A stretch of DNA of 64,000 nt from an uncultured delta proteobacterium. Its GTDB lineage: Bacteria > Desulfobacterota > BSN033 > UBA1163. The notes under the pieces were generated by a model. The model did no database searches, was not told the DNA's origin, and saw nothing but the letters and a program-made list of their open reading frames with translations. Position 1 is the first letter of the stretch. The number at the start of each line of letters is the position of its first letter. Both the position numbers and the translations under genes were made by a program. The stretch covers positions 480,001-544,000 of the forward strand of contig CAVPSJ010000004.1 in the NCBI GenBank assembly GCA_963708295.1, read 5' to 3'. This document shows, in pieces, positions 59,643 through 64,000 of this stretch.

Positions 59643-62600
59643 CTATCTTTCTAAATCGCAGCGCAAACAACGCTTGGCCTCTCGGATGGCGGTCTCTTCG
59701 TCGAATCCAAAGTTGACTTCTTCAAAGGTACAGACCCGACGGTCCACGGCCATGGCAGGCATGCCGGCCCTTGGTTTTACCGCCGCCTCTTCCCCTTCTT
59801 CCGCTTCGGCCTTCGGCACGTCGCCCGCCGCTCCGCCTGGTAGATCCGGTCTTTATAGAGATCTTGCCCCTTCAGGTACCGGTCGATGGAGACGGCCGCC
59901 CGGTAGCCACTGGCCATGGCTTCTACGACCGTGGATGGCCCGGTGACGACATCCCCTCCGGCAAAAACACCCGGAAGATGTGTTGCCAGAGTGATCGGGT
60001 CAACGGAAAGAGTCCCCGCTTTTGTCGTTTTAAATCCGTCATTCTGGGGAAGACAGGAGAGATCTGGCATATAGCCGATCGCAGGGATGACCATGTCCAC
60101 CTCCAGCACAAACTCCGAACCCTTCACCGGAACAGGACGACGCCTTCCGCTGGCATCAAACGCCCCAAGCTCCATACGCTGGCATTCCAACCCCTTCACC
60201 TTCCCGTTTTCCGCAAGGATCCGGGTCGGTGCAACAAGGTAAAGGATCTTGATCTTTTCGTGCTCGGCTTCCTCGATCTCTTCATCGTTGGCGGGCATCT
60301 CATCCCGGGTTCTGCGGTAGACAATGGAAACCTCCTTCGCTCCCAGCCGCAGAGCCGTACGTGCTGCATCGATCGCCACATTCCCTCCGCCGATGACGGC
60401 TACCTTCTCTCCCACTTTCACTTTTTCACCGAGATTGACCCTGCGGAGAAAATTGATCCCCGGGATGACACCGTCAGCATCCTCTCCGGGCGTGTTCATC
60501 TTCTGGTTGAGATGAGCCCCTATGGCCAGGAATACAGCCTTGTATCCCTGTTTGAGAAGTTCGTCGATGGTGAAGTCCTTGCCGAGTGACTTGCCCGTCT
60601 TGATCTCGACGTTGTGCTGACAGATGAAGCGGATGTCGTTCTCCAGATTCTTCCGGGGCAACCGGTAATCCGGTATGCCCACGGCAAGCATGCCGCCGGC
60701 CATGGGCAGGGATTCGAAGATGGTCACCGGATATCCTCGCCGTCCCAGATGGTAGGCTGCGTTCAGCCCTGCCGGACCGGCACCCACGATGGCGACCCGC
60801 TCCGCCTTTGGCTTTTCCAGGAAAGTGGGAGGAGTCATGCTTCCTGTCCGGAGCTCCCAATCGGAGGCAAATCGTTTCAGCGAGGAGATGGCAATGGGCT
60901 CGTCGATCTCACCTCTCTTGCACATGTTCTCACAGGGATGGTTGCAGACCCGGCCGCAGACCCCTGCCAGCGGCATGGTCAGCCGGATAAGGTTCAGGGC
61001 CTCTGGGTACCTTCCCTCCGCAATCAAGGACGTGTAACCCACCGCATCACAACGTACCGGACAGGTGTTTTCACAGGGCGCAAAGACCAGGGCCTCACAG
61101 GCTCCCGAGGGGCAGTACTTCTCCCGAATGTGGGCCTCATACTCGTGCCGGAAATGGTTGATGGTCGAAAGCACGGGGTTGGGGCAGGTCTGTCCCAGGC
61201 CGCAGAGGGCCGAATCTTTGATGAGCGGCCCCATTTCCAAAAGGAGTTCAATATCCCCTTCCCTTCCTTCGCCTTTGGTGATTCGCGTCAGGATCTCCAG
61301 CATCCGTTTCGTGCCGATACGGCAGGGAACACACTTCCCGCACGATTCGTCCTGGGTGAAGCTCAGGAAGAAACGGGCAATGTCCACCATGCAGGTCTTC
61401 TCGTCCATGACGATCATGCCGCCCGATCCCATCATGGAACCTGCTTCGGTCAAGGATTCATAGTCGATGGGCAGATCAAGAAACTTGGCGGGCAGGCATC
61501 CGCCGGAGGGGCCGCCCATCTGGGCTGCCTTGAAATGGCGACCCCTGGGAATTCCTCCGCCGATGTTGAAAATGACCTCGCGGAGGGTCGTCCCCATGGG
61601 CACCTCCACAAGGCCCGTGTTATTGATCTTGCCCGTGAGGGAGAAGATCTTGGTCCCCTTGCTGCCCTGGGTCCCGATGGCCGCATAGGCTGCTGAGCCT
61701 CCAAGGATGATGGACCGGATATTGGCGTAGGTCTCCACGTTATTGATGTTCGTGGGTTTGCCCCAGAGTCCTGCAACGGCCGGAAAGGGAGGCCGTGCAC
61801 GGGGCATTCCCCTCTTGCCCTCGATCGACGCCAGGAGGGCTGTCTCCTCACCGCAGACAAAGGCGCCGGCTCCTTCCTTGATCTTCAAGTGAAAACTGAA
61901 GGGGGTGCCCAGGATGTTGTCCCCGATCAGCCCCAGTTCCTCTGCCTGGGCCATGGCGATCTTCAGGTGCTGGACGGCCAGGGGATATTCGGCCCGAACG
62001 TAGACATAGCCGTGTTGGGATCCGATGGCATAAGCTGCGATGAGCATTCCTTCCAGGACCAGATGGGGATTTCCCTCCAGAACACTCCGATCCATAAAGG
62101 CCCCGGGATCTCCCTCGTCGGCGTTGCAGACGATATACTTCACGTCGCCGGGCGAGCTGCGGGTGAAGCGCCACTTTCTCCCGGTGGGAAAACCGGCTCC
62201 CCCGCGTCCCCGCAATCCTGACTTCTCCACCTCATCGATCACCTGCTCCGGCGTCATGGAGAACAAGGACTTTGCTCAATGCGGAATAGCCTCCGCGACC
62301 GATGTAATCGCGGATCTCCGTCGGGATCGATGCGGCCGTTATCGCTCAAGACCTGGCGCATCTGGCCCTTGTAAAAGGGAACATCATGGTCATACGTGAT
62401 GACCTTCCCGGTAGCCGGGTCGGTATAAAGCAATCGCTCTACCAGGCGGCCATTCTTCAGGGTTTCGGAAACGATCTCCGGCACATCTCCAAGCGCCTAC
62501 CTGTTGGTAGAAAATCTCCTTGGGCAGGATGACCACCACCGGTCCCCGCTCGCAGAAACCGTGGCAGCCCGTTCTCATCACATCCACTTTTCCCTCAAGC

Positions 62601-62763
62601 CCCTGTTTTCGTATCTCCTCGATGAAGGCCAACCGGACTTCCTCGCCTCCCCAGGCCCGGCAACCTGTTCCGCCGCATACCGTGACGCAGGTCTTGTTCG
62701 GATCTCTCTCTTTACAATGGCCTCTCGCAGCGCCATCAAATCCTTGTCGGATTTCAGCTTCAA
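59643..62763 (-). CDS. NuoF/HydB-like NADH-binding subunit fused to a GltD/NfnB-like domain; several frameshifts (~62700, ~62490, ~62270-62320, ~59820)
   Basis: Thioredoxin-like [2Fe-2S] (CGGTGC...GCHGFC), [41 protein letters not shown], then [25 protein letters not shown], ending EAKRCLRC. Confidence 0.88.
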
Positions 62764-62776
62764 CTCTCTACCTCCT

Positions 62777-63241
62777 TCAGACATACTGTTTCAGCACCTG
62801 TTCAACCTTTGCCGGCGTCAGCTTGCCATAGTAATTCTTATTGACAAGGAGCACAGGAGAAAGGGCACAGGCTCCCAGACAGGCCACGGTTTCAAAGGTG
62901 AATTTGAAATCGGGTGTGGTCTCGCCCTCTCCGATGCCCAAGGCCTGCTGAACAGCCTTGAGAACATTCTTTCCCCCTCGCACGTGACAGGCCGTTCCCC
63001 GGCAGACCCTCACCGTATAGCGACCCCGGGGGGTCGTGTAAAATTGGGCATAAAAAGTAACCACCCCAAAAATACGGCTCAGGGGAATGTGCAGGCGCTT
63101 CCCGATCGCAGCCAGGAGTTCTTCTGACAAATATCCATAAATCTCCTGTGCCTCCTGGAGCACAGGGATGAGCGCTCCTTCCTCACCCCGGTGTTTCTCG
63201 AACACGCTATCAAGCTTGCTCAGATCCAATGCCTCTGCCAT
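62777..63241 (-). CDS. NuoE/HydC-like [2Fe-2S] subunit
   Basis: LIPVLQEAQ-x-x-YGYL, TFY, CRGTAC, CLGAC. Confidence 0.93.
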   Translation of the reverse strand: MAEALDLSKLDSVFEKHRGEEGALIPVLQEAQEIYGYLSEELLAAIGKRLHIPLSRIFGVVTFYAQFYTTPRGRYTVRVCRGTACHVRGGKNVLKAVQQALGIGEGETTPDFKFTFETVACLGACALSPVLLVNKNYYGKLTPAKVEQVLKQYV

Positions 63242-63652
63242 TTCATACTCCTTCCGTTTATAGAATCAGTTTATGAGTGCGCTGTATCCTTAGATACGGC
63301 GTTCTAAAGGTGGGCGTTTTTCTTCTAACTACTTATTATTGTAAGACAAAAATCCCTTTTTCTCTAATTTGGAGAAAAACCATCAATCTGTTTTTTTCGG
63401 ATAGATGCACGAAACGTGCAAGAAGAACATCTTTAAACTTAATATACGAAAATTTCTTCCCATGTCAAGATCAAAAGGCATCCGACGTCGAGAAGGAGGA
63501 AGCCCTCAAAGCCGCCTGCTTTTCAGAATGAAAAGGTCGCTTCCTTTGGCAAGAGTTTTCGCCCGTCCGATCAGACTCGATGAATTTGCTCGAACAAGCG
63601 CCTGAGATCCAAAGCGGGAACACACGGTAACCCATTTTTCATAAGATTTTTC

Positions 63653-63681
63653 TTGACAAAAAAGGACCAATCCTTTAGTTT
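63653..63681 (+). promoter_or_regulatory. Candidate sigma70 promoter for the nuo operon
   Basis: TTGACA-17 bp-TAGTTT. Confidence 0.5.
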
Positions 63682-63820
63682 AGTTTTTGCATAAGAGTAA
63701 TTTCACACATTCAACCTCAAGAACAAATATCCGAAATATTAGGATCTTATTCAAGGTCGCCGAAGGGCGACTTCCGACCTTGGCAGGAAGGATTTTTTTC
63801 TGTCAGGATAAGGAGGGAGC

Positions 63821-64000
63821 ATGCTGGTCGAGTATTTCGCCATTCTCGTCTATGTTGCCATCGCCGTTGTTTTCGCCCTCTTCACCATTGCCGCTTCCGC
63901 TCTCTTGGGTCAGAGAAAACCCACGGCTCTCAAACAATCCCCTTACGAATGCGGGATGACGACGGTTGGCTCAAGCTTCCGCAGGATACCGGTCAAGTAC
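63821..64000 (+). CDS. nuoA: NADH-quinone oxidoreductase subunit A (partial; not in the ORF track)
   Basis: AAGGAGG RBS; MLVEYFAILVYVAIAVVFALF...KQSPYECGM...RIPVKY. Confidence 0.9.
   Translation, partial: MLVEYFAILVYVAIAVVFALFTIAASALLGQRKPTALKQSPYECGMTTVGSSFRRIPVKY

Noticed and set aside
57649-61696. Long plus-strand ORFs (57649-58446, 59771-60589, 60614-61696)
   Set aside because: Antisense shadows of the GC-rich fdh and nuoF-gltD genes, with no protein motifs.
63250-63820. Rex operator between the fdh and nuo operons
   Set aside because: Only a half-site (TTCACAC) matches TTGTGAA-N4-TTCACAA.

Overview
A 64-kb chromosomal window from what looks like an anaerobic deltaproteobacterium (Desulfobacterota/Syntrophales-like; taxonomy inferred from gene content). 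It is probably from an error-prone long-read or MAG assembly, since several conserved genes carry single-base frameshifts. In order: a MoxR/DUF58/VWA/DUF4159 cluster whose intergenic gaps hold heptamer-periodic palindromic elements; housekeeping genes (NTPase, mtgA, MBL hydrolases, csp, rpsU, nfnAB, panE, tex, cysE, nfo); a sensor GGDEF/HD-GYP protein; an accessory patch of secreted proteins with a membrane-anchored TPR regulator; a selenocysteine formate dehydrogenase with NuoE-like and NuoF-GltD fusion subunits; and the start of nuoA. Three highlights. (1) A pomY-pomZ-pomX-like division-positioning cluster outside the myxobacteria, headed by a CdbA-like ribbon-helix-helix gene and carrying a second, short PomX paralog (16.0-19.3 kb). 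(2) A putative sigma54-driven operon coupling a MamK-family actin to a membrane-anchored peptidoglycan amidase and a pseudo-receiver-TM-SPOR protein, with no magnetosome or gas-vesicle genes nearby (35.2-39.6 kb). (3) A three-segment alternative-pairing RNA switch plus a terminator-like hairpin in a csp leader (15.5-15.7 kb). All homology calls come from motif recognition and memory; no searches were run.
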